DNA of 64,000 bases, taken from contig QEVM01000001.1 in the NCBI GenBank assembly GCA_003576805.1, forward strand, positions 2,646 to 66,645, read 5' to 3'. Below, in pieces: positions 1 through 10,012 of the stretch. The position numbers and the translations under genes are program-made. How positions within the stretch are numbered: the first letter of the stretch is position 1; the number at the start of each line of letters is the position of its first letter. Below the pieces are notes generated by a model. The model made no database searches. It was not told the DNA's origin and saw only the letters and a program-made list of their open reading frames with translations. Source of the stretch: Pseudomonadota bacterium (GTDB lineage Bacteria; Myxococcota_A; UBA9160; PR03).

Positions 1-12
1 GCGGCCGCCGCG

Positions 13-822
13 TCAGCGGATCGCCGGCAGCACCGGCGCGAAGATCGGCACCATGTCCGGGCCCTGCCGCAGCGTGTGGCCGCCGTCGACCGCGATCACC
101 TGGCCGGTGATCCAGCCCGCCTCGTCCGCGAGCAGGAACGCGACCAGGTGGGCGACGTCCTCGGGCGTGCCGAGCCGCGCGACCGGCATGCGGCGCAGGT
201 ACTCGTCCACCACCGCCTGGTTGCCGACCATCATGCCCGTCAGCTCGGTCGGCACGAGGCTCGGCATCACGGCGTTCACGCGGATGCCGTGCTCGCCGAG
301 GTCGTCGGCGGCGCAGCGCGTCAGCATGTTCACGCCCGCCTTCGTCGCGCAGTACGCGCTCATCCAGCGGTGCGTCAGCGCGCCCGCGATCGACGAGATG
401 TTCACGATCGCGCCGCCGCCCGCGCGCTGCATCGCGAGCGCCTCGTGGCGCAGCGAGCGGTAGACGCCGGTCAGGTTGACGTCGACCAGCGCCTGGAAGG
501 CGTCGACGCCGCCGTTCAGCACGCTGCCGATGTTGCCCGTGCCGGCGGAGTTCACCGCGAGCCGCAGCGGGCCGCAGCGCGCCTCGGTCTCCGCGACCGC
601 GCGCTCGACGTCGGCTTCGTCCGTCACGTCGCAGCGCACGTACGCGGCGCCCGCGCCGATCTCGCCGGCGGCCTTCGCGAGCACGTCCTCGCGGCGGCCC
701 GCGATCACGACGCGCGCGCCGCCGGCGGCGAGCGCCTTCGCGCAGGCGAGCCCGATCCCGGTGCCGCCGCCGGTCACGAGCGCGGCGCGGCCGTCGAAGC
801 GGGGCGCCGCCGGCGCGCTCAT
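13..822 (-). CDS. SDR family oxidoreductase
   Basis: Last 269 aa of the 13..3690 ORF: [24 protein letters not shown] (TGxxxGxG), NISS...YCATK catalytic pattern. ATG at 822 overlaps the msrB stop by 4 nt. Confidence 0.85.
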   Translation of the reverse strand: MSAPAAPRFDGRAALVTGGGTGIGLACAKALAAGGARVVIAGRREDVLAKAAGEIGAGAAYVRCDVTDEADVERAVAETEARCGPLRLAVNSAGTGNIGSVLNGGVDAFQALVDVNLTGVYRSLRHEALAMQRAGGGAIVNISSIAGALTHRWMSAYCATKAGVNMLTRCAADDLGEHGIRVNAVMPSLVPTELTGMMVGNQAVVDEYLRRMPVARLGTPEDVAHLVAFLLADEAGWITGQVIAVDGGHTLRQGPDMVPIFAPVLPAIR

Positions 823-1223
823 CGATCTTCCTTCTTCTCGAGCGCGAGCGCGGCGGAGTTGATGCAGTAGCGCAACCCCGTCGGCTGCGGGCCGTCGGGG
901 AAGACGTGGCCGAGGTGCGCGTCGCACGCCGCGCACAGCACCTCGGTGCGCTGCATGCCGTGGCTGCGATCGGTCTCGGTGCGCACGCGCCCCTCCTCGA
1001 TCGCCTGCGTGAAGCTCGGCCAGCCGCTGCCCGACTCGAACTTGTCGTCCGACGCGAACAGCGCGGCGTTGCAGCACACGCAGCGATAGACGCCCTCGTC
1101 GTGACAGTCCCAGTAGATGCCGGTGAACGCGCGCTCGGTGCCTTTCTCTCGCGTGACCGCGAACTGCTCGGGCGTGAGCTTCGCGCGCCATTCCGCGTCC
1201 GACTTCGACACTTTGTCCGCCAT
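819..1223 (-). CDS. msrB: peptide-methionine (R)-S-oxide reductase MsrB
   Basis: [35 protein letters not shown]..., two CxxC pairs (CVCC, CAAC), GWPSF, RYCINS active site. Start is Met63 of the 819..1409 ORF. Confidence 0.9.
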   Translation of the reverse strand: MADKVSKSDAEWRAKLTPEQFAVTREKGTERAFTGIYWDCHDEGVYRCVCCNAALFASDDKFESGSGWPSFTQAIEEGRVRTETDRSHGMQRTEVLCAACDAHLGHVFPDGPQPTGLRYCINSAALALEKKEDR

Positions 1224-1341
1224 GCGTTCCTCCTGGTTGCGGCTTCGATGCCGATTCCGTCCGAAGGTCGCCCGCTCGCACGCGCGGCGCCACAAGCCGT
1301 GCTGGCGACGCGGCGCTGCTGGCGGTATCCCTTGCGTCCGC

Positions 1342-3660
1342 TTGGACCGAATCGCGCGACTCGTGACGAGGCATCCGCGCTGGGTGGTGGCGGCGGTCCT
1401 CCTGCTCACGCTCGTGCTCGCGCGCGAGCTGCGTCACCTGCGGCTCGAGGTGAAGCTGTCGGACGAGGTCCCGGCGGACCATCCGTACACGCACATCGAC
1501 GATCGGCTCGGCGAGCGGCTCGGCGTGCACCAGACCGCGATCGTCGCGATCGGCGTGCGCGACGGCGACGTCGTGAATCCCGTGACGCTCGGCAAGATCC
1601 GCCGCATCACCGACGGCATGGCGAGGCTGCCGGGGCTGGTGCCGTCGAGCGTGCTCTCGCTGACGGCGCACAACGTGAAGGCCGTCGCGGCCGACGGCGA
1701 CGCGGTGCGCGTCGAGGCGCTCGTGCCCGCGGACGTGCCGGGCGACCCCGCGGCGCTCGCGAAGCTGCGCGCCGACGTGCTCTCGTATCCGATGTACGTC
1801 GGCACCATCGTCACGCCCGACGCGCGCGGCGCGATGATCCTCGGCGACTTCGAGAACGACGCGCCGACCGAGGCGATCACCGAGGCGATCGAGCGGCTCG
1901 CCGCCGCCGAGCGCGACGCGCGCACCGAAATCTGGGTCGGCGGCCAGCCGCCCGCGCTCGCCGCGCTCAACGGCGCGACGCGCGGGATCATCCCGCTCGT
2001 CGCGCTCGCGCTCGCCGTGATCGCGCTCGTGCACTACGAGGCGTTCCGCACGCTGCAAGCCGTCTTCCTGCCGCTCGTCACCGCGGCGCTCTCCGTGGTG
2101 TGGGCGATGGGGATCACCGCCGCGCTCGGCTTCAACCTGACGCCGTGGACCGCGATCACCGCCGTGCTCGTGCTCTCGGTCGCGGCCGGTCACGCGGTGC
2201 AGATCCTGAAGCGCTACTACGAGAGCTACCACGAGCTCGGCGACAACCGCGCCGCGGTCGCGGCGTCGCTGGTGCGCATCGGGCCGGTGATGGCGATCGC
2301 GTGCGGGATCGCGGCGGCCGGCTTCGGCTCGCTCGCCACCTTCGGCATCCCGGCGGTGCGCGACTTCGGCCTGATGGCCGCGTTCGGGGTCCTCTCGACG
2401 CTGGTGCTCGAGCTGACCTTCATCCCCGCGACGCGCGCGCTCCTGCGCGCGCCGCGCTCCGCCGAGGCGCTCGCCGAACGCAGCCACCGCCTGCTCGACC
2501 CGGCGATCGAAGCGCTGACGCGCGCCGTCCTGCGCAGCCCCGCGCGCGTCGTCGCGGTCGCGTGCGCCGCGATCGCGATCGCGCTCGCGGGCATGCTGCG
2601 CATCGAGGTCAACAGCGCGTTCCGCTCCTGGTTCGACGAGGACGCGCCGGTGATCGCCGCCGACAACGCGATCCGCGCGCGCTTCACCGGGACGTCGACG
2701 ATCCGCGTGCTGATCGAGGGAGACTCGCCCGACGCGCTGCTCGAGCCGCAGGTGGTGCGCGGCATGGCCGCGCTCCAGCGCGCGCTCCGCGAGGAGGACG
2801 CGATCACCGGCACGCTCTCGCTCGCCGACTACGTGCAGGTCATGAACCGCGCGATGCACGACGGCGCGGCCGAGGCGTACGCCGTCCCCGACAGCCGCGA
2901 GGCGATCGAGCAGTATCTGCTGCTCTTCGAGCCGGGCGACCTCTCGCGCGTGGTGTCGAGCGACAACCAGACCGCGGCGATCCACGCGCTCTCGCGCAAG
3001 GACCGCGTCGCGTGGGTCGAGGCGCTCTTCGCGAAGCTGCGCGGCGTGGCGGCGCGCGAGTTCCCGCCCGGCGTGCGCGTCGAGGTCGGCGGCGGCGAGC
3101 TCGGCCAGGCGGCCGCCAACAACTCGACCGTCGTGCTGCACAAGCTCGAGAACATGGGCCAGATCGCGGCCGTGATCTTCGTGCTGGCGTCGCTCGTGTT
3201 CCGCTCGCTCGCCGCCGGGCTGCTGGTGCTGGCGCCGCTCGTGTGCGCGGCGCTCGTCAACCTCGGCACGATGGGCTGGATCGGGAGCTGGCTCTCGTTC
3301 GCGACGGCCAGCTACACCGCGATGGGCGTCTCGCTCGGCGCGGACTTCGCGATCTACCTGCTCTTCCGGCTGCGCGAGGAGGCGCGCGCGGGACGCTCGC
3401 TCGAGGCGGCGATCCCGGCCGCGATGCGCACGTCCGGGCGCGCGATCTTCTTCGTCGCGTCGGCGATCGCCGCCGGCAACGCGACGCTGCTCGCCTCCGA
3501 CTTCGCGCTCTGGCGCCAGCTCGGCGGCTACGTCGCGCTGATGATGACGTCGAGCTGCCTCGCGACGCTCGCCGTCGTGCCGGCGCTCGCGCTGCTGGCG
3601 CGCCCGCGCTTCCTCACGGCGCCGGTCGCGGCGCGCGAGCCCGCGTCGCGCGCGGCCTGA
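1342..3660 (+). CDS. MMPL/RND-superfamily membrane transporter (HpnN-like)
   Basis: Two 6-TM bundles separated by soluble domains, typical MMPL N-terminus (L)[21 protein letters not shown]. In-frame TTG at 1342 (GTG at 1363 is an alternative). Confidence 0.8.
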   Translation: MDRIARLVTRHPRWVVAAVLLLTLVLARELRHLRLEVKLSDEVPADHPYTHIDDRLGERLGVHQTAIVAIGVRDGDVVNPVTLGKIRRITDGMARLPGLVPSSVLSLTAHNVKAVAADGDAVRVEALVPADVPGDPAALAKLRADVLSYPMYVGTIVTPDARGAMILGDFENDAPTEAITEAIERLAAAERDARTEIWVGGQPPALAALNGATRGIIPLVALALAVIALVHYEAFRTLQAVFLPLVTAALSVVWAMGITAALGFNLTPWTAITAVLVLSVAAGHAVQILKRYYESYHELGDNRAAVAASLVRIGPVMAIACGIAAAGFGSLATFGIPAVRDFGLMAAFGVLSTLVLELTFIPATRALLRAPRSAEALAERSHRLLDPAIEALTRAVLRSPARVVAVACAAIAIALAGMLRIEVNSAFRSWFDEDAPVIAADNAIRARFTGTSTIRVLIEGDSPDALLEPQVVRGMAALQRALREEDAITGTLSLADYVQVMNRAMHDGAAEAYAVPDSREAIEQYLLLFEPGDLSRVVSSDNQTAAIHALSRKDRVAWVEALFAKLRGVAAREFPPGVRVEVGGGELGQAAANNSTVVLHKLENMGQIAAVIFVLASLVFRSLAAGLLVLAPLVCAALVNLGTMGWIGSWLSFATASYTAMGVSLGADFAIYLLFRLREEARAGRSLEAAIPAAMRTSGRAIFFVASAIAAGNATLLASDFALWRQLGGYVALMMTSSCLATLAVVPALALLARPRFLTAPVAAREPASRAA

Positions 3661-3713
3661 GCCGCACGCCGGCTGCGAGGCGCCGGTCACGCGGCCGCGC
3701 CTACCATCGCGGG

Positions 3714-5261
3714 ATGCGCTGTTGGAGCTGGCTCGCGTGCGCCGTCGCCTTCTCGCAGCTCGCCGCCGCCGCGCCGGCGCGCGCGCAGGACGCGCCGCCC
3801 GCGCACCCCGAGGTGCTCGTCGTCGTGAACGCGACGAGCCCGGTGTCCACGGCGATCGGCCGCTACTACGCCGAGAAGCGCGGCGTCCCGCCCGAGCAGG
3901 TGCTCGCGCTCCCGATCCCGCTCGCGGATCCGCAGCTCGGCAACTCGGTGCAGGAGGCGATCGCGAGCCGCGAGGCGTTCGACCGCCAGATCCGCCAGCC
4001 GCTCGAGCGCTTCCTGCGCGAGCGCGACCTCGTGGAGCGCATCCGCATCGTCGTGCTCGCGTCCGGCATCCCGCACCGCTACCAGCCGGGGGCGTGCGTC
4101 TTCGACGCGACCTACGTGCGCGACTGCCCGCGCGCCTCGGTCGACGCCGAGATCGCGGTGCTGTTCTCGCCGCTCGTCGGCGCGCGCGGCATCGGCGCGA
4201 ACGGCGAGGCGGTGAACCCGTACTTCCGTTCGAGCCAGCCGTTCGCGGAGTGGCGCGCCGCCAACCCGGACGCGCCGCTGCGCTACCTGGTCGCGCGGCT
4301 CGCGGCGTTCCAGACGCCGCTCGACGCCGCCACGGGCCAGCCCGCGGACGTGAAGCGCCTCGTCGACGGCGCGCTCGCGCCCGCGCGCAGCGGCAAGGTG
4401 CTGGTGGACGGCGACGCGACGGCGGCGCCGGGGCGGCGCGGGGCGGACGTCGCGCTGGTCGCGCCGGTCGCCGCGCTGCTGTCGCCGCGCGGTGTACGGG
4501 TCCGCTACGACGCGACGCGCAGCTTCGTCGGCGGCGTGCGCGACCTGCTCGGCTACGTCTCGTGGGGCAGCAACGACGGGCACGCCCGGCCCGCGCCGTT
4601 CTACGGCTCGATCGGCGGGCAGGACGTGCCGGGCCGCTTCGCGCCGGGCTCGATCGCGCTCGACCTCGTCAGCACGAACGGACGCACCTTCGTGACGCCG
4701 CCGGCGACGTACGACCAGTCGCTCGCGGCCGACCTGGTGCGGCTCGGCGCGTCGGGCGTCGCCGCCAACGCCTTCGAGCCGATGCTGCTCGGGCTCGCGC
4801 GCGCGCCGCTCTTCTTCCGCCACTATTTCGACGGCGCGCCCGCCATCGAGGCCTACTTCCGCAGCGTCCCCTACCTGTCGTGGACCAACTTCTACGTCGG
4901 CGATCCGCTGCTCGAGAGCGGCGTGCGCATGCTGCCGAGCAAGGACCTGGATGGCGACGGCGTCGCCGACGCGCGCGACAACTGCCGCGAGCAGCCGAAC
5001 CCGACGCAGCGCGACGCCGACGGCGACGGCTTCGGCAACGCCTGCGACGCGGACTTCGACGATGACGGCCGCGTGACGACCACCTGGGGCGGCGTCGGCC
5101 CGAACGGGCCGGGCGATCTCGAGCGGCTGCAGCAGGCGGTGGCGCTGCGCCGCAACGATCCGCTGCTCGACCTCGACGGCGACGGCGACGTGGACGGCGA
5201 CGACGTGACGATCGCGACGCTCGCGCTCTTCCTGCCGCCGGGGCCGGGCGCGGTGGACTGA
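3714..5261 (+). CDS. secreted TIGR03790-like protein with C-terminal thrombospondin-type-3/dockerin-like Ca-binding repeats
   Basis: Signal peptide [25 protein letters not shown]-terminal [26 protein letters not shown] block as I recall for TIGR03790. C-terminus [42 protein letters not shown] and [12 protein letters not shown]. Confidence 0.7.
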   Translation: MRCWSWLACAVAFSQLAAAAPARAQDAPPAHPEVLVVVNATSPVSTAIGRYYAEKRGVPPEQVLALPIPLADPQLGNSVQEAIASREAFDRQIRQPLERFLRERDLVERIRIVVLASGIPHRYQPGACVFDATYVRDCPRASVDAEIAVLFSPLVGARGIGANGEAVNPYFRSSQPFAEWRAANPDAPLRYLVARLAAFQTPLDAATGQPADVKRLVDGALAPARSGKVLVDGDATAAPGRRGADVALVAPVAALLSPRGVRVRYDATRSFVGGVRDLLGYVSWGSNDGHARPAPFYGSIGGQDVPGRFAPGSIALDLVSTNGRTFVTPPATYDQSLAADLVRLGASGVAANAFEPMLLGLARAPLFFRHYFDGAPAIEAYFRSVPYLSWTNFYVGDPLLESGVRMLPSKDLDGDGVADARDNCREQPNPTQRDADGDGFGNACDADFDDDGRVTTTWGGVGPNGPGDLERLQQAVALRRNDPLLDLDGDGDVDGDDVTIATLALFLPPGPGAVD

Positions 5262-5906
5262 GCGCGCCGCCCGGCGTCATGCCGGGCGCGTGACACCGAA
5301 CCCGGTCGCTCGACCGCCCCCGCGTCCAGGCGGGTGGCTGCGCCGGAGCGCTCGGCGAGCCAGAGGTTCGCGCGCAGGTGACCGGTCGCGGCGGGCGCGC
5401 GCCACCGCGAGGTGCCCGTGGCGACCGCCGCGAACGGACGAGCTGGTCGGCGAGATGGCGGTCGGTGGTCGCGGGCGTGGCGAGGTCCGCGAGGAGCTCG
5501 TCGGCGACGAAGCGCCTGATCGACGCGGCGCCGCGCCCGCGCGCGCCCGCTGCCCTCCACCCAGACCGCGAGCCCGGCGCCGGGGTGCGCCGCGGTGTCG
5601 TCGTCCTCGCGCGCGATTGCGGCCGCGACGCCGCGCTGCGCGAGGCGCGCGTCGCACGTCGCCGCCATGCGCTCGGCGACGCGGCGCGTTTCATTTCGTC
5701 CTAACACGGCGCTCACGGTTAGTGCGCGAGCGAGCGCAATCGGATCGTGCCAGAGGGGGAGGGCGTGCGGCCCGTTCAGTCGTGCCTATCGCCTCGGATC
5801 CAGCGCGACACCACGCCTGCTGATGCCGGTGCCCCCAACACAGAACAAATGGGCGGTTGCCTACTTTTCAGAGCCTTTGGTTGAACAACGTCGTGAGGAA
5901 TAACAA

Positions 5907-7607
5907 CTAATCAAACGGGTTATTCTCCGCCGCTGGAGTCGCCTCGAGCTCGATTTCTGGCGCTACGGCGGAGGCGGGCAGCAGGCGCCGTAGGCGCTCG
6001 GCCAAGTCCTTCAGGATGGTGGTTCCGGGCGCTTCTTCAGACAACGTGAGGCGCTCCGCTGAGAAGCGAGCAATGAACTGCTTTGCTTCGACGCCTTCGG
6101 CCCGTGCCTGCTCCTCCAAACCAGCATAGTCGGAGAAGTAGCGCCGGAAGACCTGCTCGTAGTCGCCTCCAAAGACAGTGAAGTTGTCTCGGACCACCCA
6201 TTCGCGGGTACCAAGCAGATTAGGAGCTTCGCCATCCTCTACGCCAAGAGCACGTAAAGCTTCCTCGCGTCGGACGCCATCGCTGTCTTCCTGGGAGGTG
6301 TCGTTGTCGAAGACGATGAAGCAAGGAATGTCGTAAACGGAGAATAGGCGGTACCACTTCGCGAGGTTGCCCTTGCCGTGGACAGGAATGACCGCGATTC
6401 CCTCCTTGGCTGTTTCGAGACCCACTCGGCTGAGGAGAACGGGAAGCGCAGCTGCTTCGGTCGGTCCCTCGACAAGTACAACGACCTTCGCAAAGAAACC
6501 TTCAAGGACCTCACGACCAGCATCCTTGGCATAGAAGGGCAGCACATTCTCTGGAGTGCAGAGTCCTGCGCGAAGCCGCATGGCCTCTAGCTTGCCAACC
6601 AGCTCCATTCGGTCTAGCTGCGTGGTCGTAGTTGCGCCTTCGGCATCCTTCCGGACAAGGACGATTCCCTCCAGTCCGAGGAGGTCAACAAAGGCCGGGC
6701 TGTGAGTCGTAAGGAGTATCTGCAAGCCGCCAGCAGCCATTCGGCGAAGCTTGCCTCCCAACCACTGTTGGGCAAGCGGATGGAGATGGGCTTCGGGCTC
6801 CTCAACGATAAGGACGACGCCGCCATGAAACGCTTGCGCGAAGGCGTAAGCAAACGCCATAGCAAGAATCTGCTGCTCGCCAGTTCCAAGCTCTTCAAGC
6901 GCGCGAGCTATCTCGCCTTCCTTCGCGACTAATCGCAGCGCATGGAAGAAGTTGATTGGGTTGTAGGCTTGGAAATCGACCTCAAGCCTATGAGTCATCG
7001 AGCCCGCCAGCTCAAATACTTGAGATTGGAGCGTATCAACAAACGCCTTGAACTCGGGGATGTTGTGAAACTCTGCCGTAACGCTCGCAAAGAGGTCTAG
7101 GAGCTTCCTCTGGACGGCTGCGTTCTCCAATAGCGATTTGTGGAAGCGATGCATGAGCCGACTGAGAAATGTCCACTTCGATCGATAAGAAAGGTGGTAG
7201 TCAAGCTCTCGCTCGGCATGAAGCGCGACGCAAATGCATTGACTGCGGTCCTCATTGCTGATGTATCTCAACCATTCGCGGTCGTAGCCTAGGAATCGCG
7301 GCTCGTTTGAACCCTCCTCGTACTGCCACTTTACCTGGACCCATCTGCCGCCGAGCTTGTCCTCAGGGTCGAAGGCCGCATCAAGCCGGATGGTGACGCT
7401 TCGCTCGCGGCCAAAGAACTCATTGTCGTCTGGCTCGTGGTTGCCGGGCCATATCGGACCGAGGACGAGTTCAATGCCGCGACAAAGATTTGACTTGCCG
7501 GCGTTGTTCTCGCCGAGGAGCACTACAGGTATCCCGACTGGAAATCGGATTCGGGCATCCTGAGCAGAGCGGTAGTTCTGAAGTCTCACTTGCGTAAGCC
7601 GAGCCAT
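5907..7607 (-). CDS. OLD-family ATP-dependent endonuclease (ABC-type ATPase + Toprim)
   Basis: Walker A LLGENNAGKSNL, Walker B/D-loop LIVEEPEAHLHP, H-loop LLTTHSP, Toprim VVLVEGPTEAAALP ... FIVFDNDT. Visibly lower G+C than the flanks. No partner gene adjacent. Confidence 0.85.
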   Translation of the reverse strand: MARLTQVRLQNYRSAQDARIRFPVGIPVVLLGENNAGKSNLCRGIELVLGPIWPGNHEPDDNEFFGRERSVTIRLDAAFDPEDKLGGRWVQVKWQYEEGSNEPRFLGYDREWLRYISNEDRSQCICVALHAERELDYHLSYRSKWTFLSRLMHRFHKSLLENAAVQRKLLDLFASVTAEFHNIPEFKAFVDTLQSQVFELAGSMTHRLEVDFQAYNPINFFHALRLVAKEGEIARALEELGTGEQQILAMAFAYAFAQAFHGGVVLIVEEPEAHLHPLAQQWLGGKLRRMAAGGLQILLTTHSPAFVDLLGLEGIVLVRKDAEGATTTTQLDRMELVGKLEAMRLRAGLCTPENVLPFYAKDAGREVLEGFFAKVVVLVEGPTEAAALPVLLSRVGLETAKEGIAVIPVHGKGNLAKWYRLFSVYDIPCFIVFDNDTSQEDSDGVRREEALRALGVEDGEAPNLLGTREWVVRDNFTVFGGDYEQVFRRYFSDYAGLEEQARAEGVEAKQFIARFSAERLTLSEEAPGTTILKDLAERLRRLLPASAVAPEIELEATPAAENNPFD

Positions 7608-8060
7608 GCACGAGTTTCCTGGGGATTGATGGGCGCGGAACTCTCTAACACGTGAACTTCACGCGCGCCTTCCTGTACAGCTCCGTTCGAAGACGATTCC
7701 AAGTCCAGGCTCGACTTCCCCAGGCGCCCACCGTGGACCTTCGCGCGCGGGTGGAACCGCAGCTCGGCGCTGCCGACAGCCACTCACTTTAGTGGCGCGT
7801 CGCAATGTGCGCGGCGGCGTGCGGGCGCACGTGCTGCGCGCGCACGCCCGGCTTGGCGCGCCGCGCGCGCGCGCGGACCACGCGGAGCAGCGTCCCGGTC
7901 AGCGCCGCCAACGCGACCGAGGACAGGAGCAGGGTGCCTGATCCGGACTGCTCGCTGCCGTCGATCCCGATGAAGGCGCGCTCCGGCCCGGCCCCGCGGC
8001 GATCGCCCTCGCGAGAGTGCCGCGCCGCGCTCGGGGCGGCCGGCCGCCGCAGGCTATTAA

Positions 8061-8100
8061 TCTATAGACTATTGACAATCGAAGCACAGCCGGGCTATCT
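8061..8100 (+). promoter_or_regulatory. putative sigma-70 promoter plus operator for the GntR operon (leaderless transcript predicted)
   Basis: AT-rich patch in a GC-rich background. Perfect palindrome TCTATAGA (8061-8068), TTGACA (8072-8077), 17-nt spacer, CTATCT (8095-8100), then ATG at 8107 with no Shine-Dalgarno. Confidence 0.35.
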
Positions 8101-8106
8101 GGCGGC

Positions 8107-8805
8107 ATGGCCGACCGCGTTCCCGAGACCCGCAGCGACTGGGCCCTGCGCCGGCTCCGCACCGCGATCCTGACCGGCGAGTTCGCGCCCGGGACGCGCC
8201 TGCGGGCGGAGGAGCTCGCGGAGCGCTGGCAGGTGAGCCCGACGCCGCTGCGCGAGGCGTTCCAGCGGCTCGGCGGCGCCCGCCTCGTCGAGGTGAGCCC
8301 GCAGCGCGGCGTGCGCGTCGCGGAGTTCACGCTCGACGACGCCGCGGATCTCTACGCGCTGCGGCTGCGGCTCGAGCCGCCCGCGCTGCGGCAGTCGCTG
8401 CGTCGCAGCGACGACGCGCACCGCGCGGAGATCGCCGCAGCGCACGCGCGGCTCGAAGCCGCGCACTCGCTCGAAGACGGCGCCGAGGCGCACCTCGCGT
8501 TCCACGCGGCGCTGCTCGCGCGCTGCCCGTCGGCGTGGACGCAGCGCGTGATCGCGCTGCTCGCGGAGCACGCGCAGCGCTACGTGCTGCTCGGCGCGCA
8601 GCGCTTCCGCAGCGGGCGCGGGCCCGCCGCGGAGCACGCGGCGCTGCGCGACGCGGCGCTCGCGGGCGACGTCGACGGCGCCGTCGCGACGCTCGAGGAG
8701 CACCTGCGCGGCACGCTCGCGTCGGTGCGCGCCGCGCTCGCGGCCGCGCCGCGCGCAGAGGAGCCGAGTCTCGAGCGCGCCACCCGAAAGGTCCGCCCTG
8801 CATGA
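8107..8805 (+). CDS. GntR family transcriptional regulator (FadR/FCD subfamily)
   Basis: N-terminal winged HTH RLRAEELAERWQVSPTPLREAFQRL, helical FCD-like C-terminal domain. Confidence 0.85.
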   Translation: MADRVPETRSDWALRRLRTAILTGEFAPGTRLRAEELAERWQVSPTPLREAFQRLGGARLVEVSPQRGVRVAEFTLDDAADLYALRLRLEPPALRQSLRRSDDAHRAEIAAAHARLEAAHSLEDGAEAHLAFHAALLARCPSAWTQRVIALLAEHAQRYVLLGAQRFRSGRGPAAEHAALRDAALAGDVDGAVATLEEHLRGTLASVRAALAAAPRAEEPSLERATRKVRPA

Positions 8806-9335
8806 TCGCCCCCATCTCCCGGCCCGGCCGGCTGCACCATCACGCGTTCGTGTCGCGCGATCAGGAGGCGACGCGCCGTTTCTACGAAGAGATCGTGGGC
8901 TTGCCGCTCGTCGCGACGTGGTGCGAGGAGAACGAGGCCGGCGCGTATTGCCACACCTTCTACGAGCTGGCAGACGGCTCCTGCCTCGCGTTCTTCCAGT
9001 TCGCGGATGCGGCTCTCAACGAGTCGCACGCGAAGCTGGCGTCGCCGTCGCCGTTCGACCACGTCGCGCTCGCGGCGACCGACGCGATCCTCGCAGACGT
9101 CACCCGGCGCGCCGAGGGCGCCGGCGTCGCGACGTTCGCGATCGACCACGGCTACTGCCGGTCGCTCTACCTGCGCGATCCCGACGGGCTCGTCGTCGAG
9201 CTCACGGTCGACGACCCGCGCGCGCTCGCCGAGGCGCCGGCGCGCCGCGCGAGCGCCCGCGCCGATCTCGCGCGCTGGCTCGCCGGCGACCGCACGCCGA
9301 TCAACGCGCTGCGCGGCGACGAGGCCGCGCCGTGA
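8802..9335 (+). CDS. VOC (glyoxalase/bleomycin-resistance/dioxygenase) family protein
   Basis: MIAPISRPGRLHHHAFVSRDQEATRRFYEEIVGL...DHVAL...LRDPDGLVVEL. ATGA overlap with the gntR stop. Confidence 0.8.
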   Translation: MIAPISRPGRLHHHAFVSRDQEATRRFYEEIVGLPLVATWCEENEAGAYCHTFYELADGSCLAFFQFADAALNESHAKLASPSPFDHVALAATDAILADVTRRAEGAGVATFAIDHGYCRSLYLRDPDGLVVELTVDDPRALAEAPARRASARADLARWLAGDRTPINALRGDEAAP

Positions 9336-10012
9336 GCGCGCCGCGCAAGCGGCTCACGCTCTCCTTCGACAACGGCCCGTTCGCCGACGTGACGCCCGGC
9401 GTGCTGGACGCGCTCGCCGCACGCGACCTGCGCGCGAGCTTCTTCGTGTGCGGCAAGGACCTGCGCGATCCCGCGCGCCGCGACCTCGTGCGCCGCGCAC
9501 GGAACGCCGGCCACCGCATCGGCAACCACACGCTCACGCACGCGGTCGAGCTCGGCGCGAGCGGCGATCCGGCGGCGCCGGCGCGCGAGATCGACGAGGC
9601 GCAGGCGCTGCTCGGCGAGCTGGCGGCGCCCGAGCGCTGGTTCCGGCCGTACGGCGCGGGCGGCGTGCTCGGGCCGCGCCTGCTCTCGGAGGCCGCGGTC
9701 GCGCACCTGTGCGCGGGCGGCTACTCGCTCGTCGTTTGGAACAGCGTGCCGCGCGACTGGGAGGACCCGGACGGGTGGCCCGCGCGCGCGCTCGCCGACG
9801 TCGAGGCGCGCGACTGGACGCTCGTCGTGCTGCACGACGTCCCGACCGGCGCGATGCGCGCGCTGCCGCGCTTTCTCGACGACGCGCTCGCGCGCGGCAT
9901 CGAGATCACCGACGAGCTGCCGCCCGCGTGCGTCCCGATCCGCTGCGGCGCGCGCGTCGGCGCGCTGGACGGACTCGTCGCGCCCGCGCCCGCACAGGAG
10001 ATCCCCCGATGA
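9332..10012 (+). CDS. polysaccharide deacetylase (NodB homology) family protein
   Basis: LSFDNGP and GNHTLTH motifs. GTGA start/stop overlap with the upstream gene. Confidence 0.8.
   Translation: MSAPRKRLTLSFDNGPFADVTPGVLDALAARDLRASFFVCGKDLRDPARRDLVRRARNAGHRIGNHTLTHAVELGASGDPAAPAREIDEAQALLGELAAPERWFRPYGAGGVLGPRLLSEAAVAHLCAGGYSLVVWNSVPRDWEDPDGWPARALADVEARDWTLVVLHDVPTGAMRALPRFLDDALARGIEITDELPPACVPIRCGARVGALDGLVAPAPAQEIPR

Noticed and set aside
13-3690. 1225-aa ORF on the minus strand, with similar giants at 906..5261 (+), 11165..15397 (+), 15485..18502 (-) and 19758..22346 (-)
   Set aside because: These are Arg/Ala/Gly/Pro-rich low-complexity translations, antisense or out of frame to genes with clear family motifs. 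That is the typical stop-codon-poor artefact of high G+C DNA. Only the terminal segments with real motifs were kept.
5907-7607. Calling the OLD nuclease GajA of a Gabija system
   Set aside because: No GajB/UvrD-like helicase or any other partner ORF is adjacent, so only the family-level call (OLD nuclease) is supported.
5701-7652. 8-bp direct repeat CTAACACG on both sides of the OLD gene as a target-site duplication
   Set aside because: A single 8-mer shared between two windows of about 150 bp is expected by chance fairly often. The right copy also lies about 140 bp inside the low-G+C region rather than at its edge.
7586-7783. 65-aa ORF overlapping the OLD start as a partner or antitoxin gene
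   Set aside because: No RBS, no recognisable fold signature, and it overlaps the OLD start by 22 nt in a region better explained as the promoter or 5' UTR.
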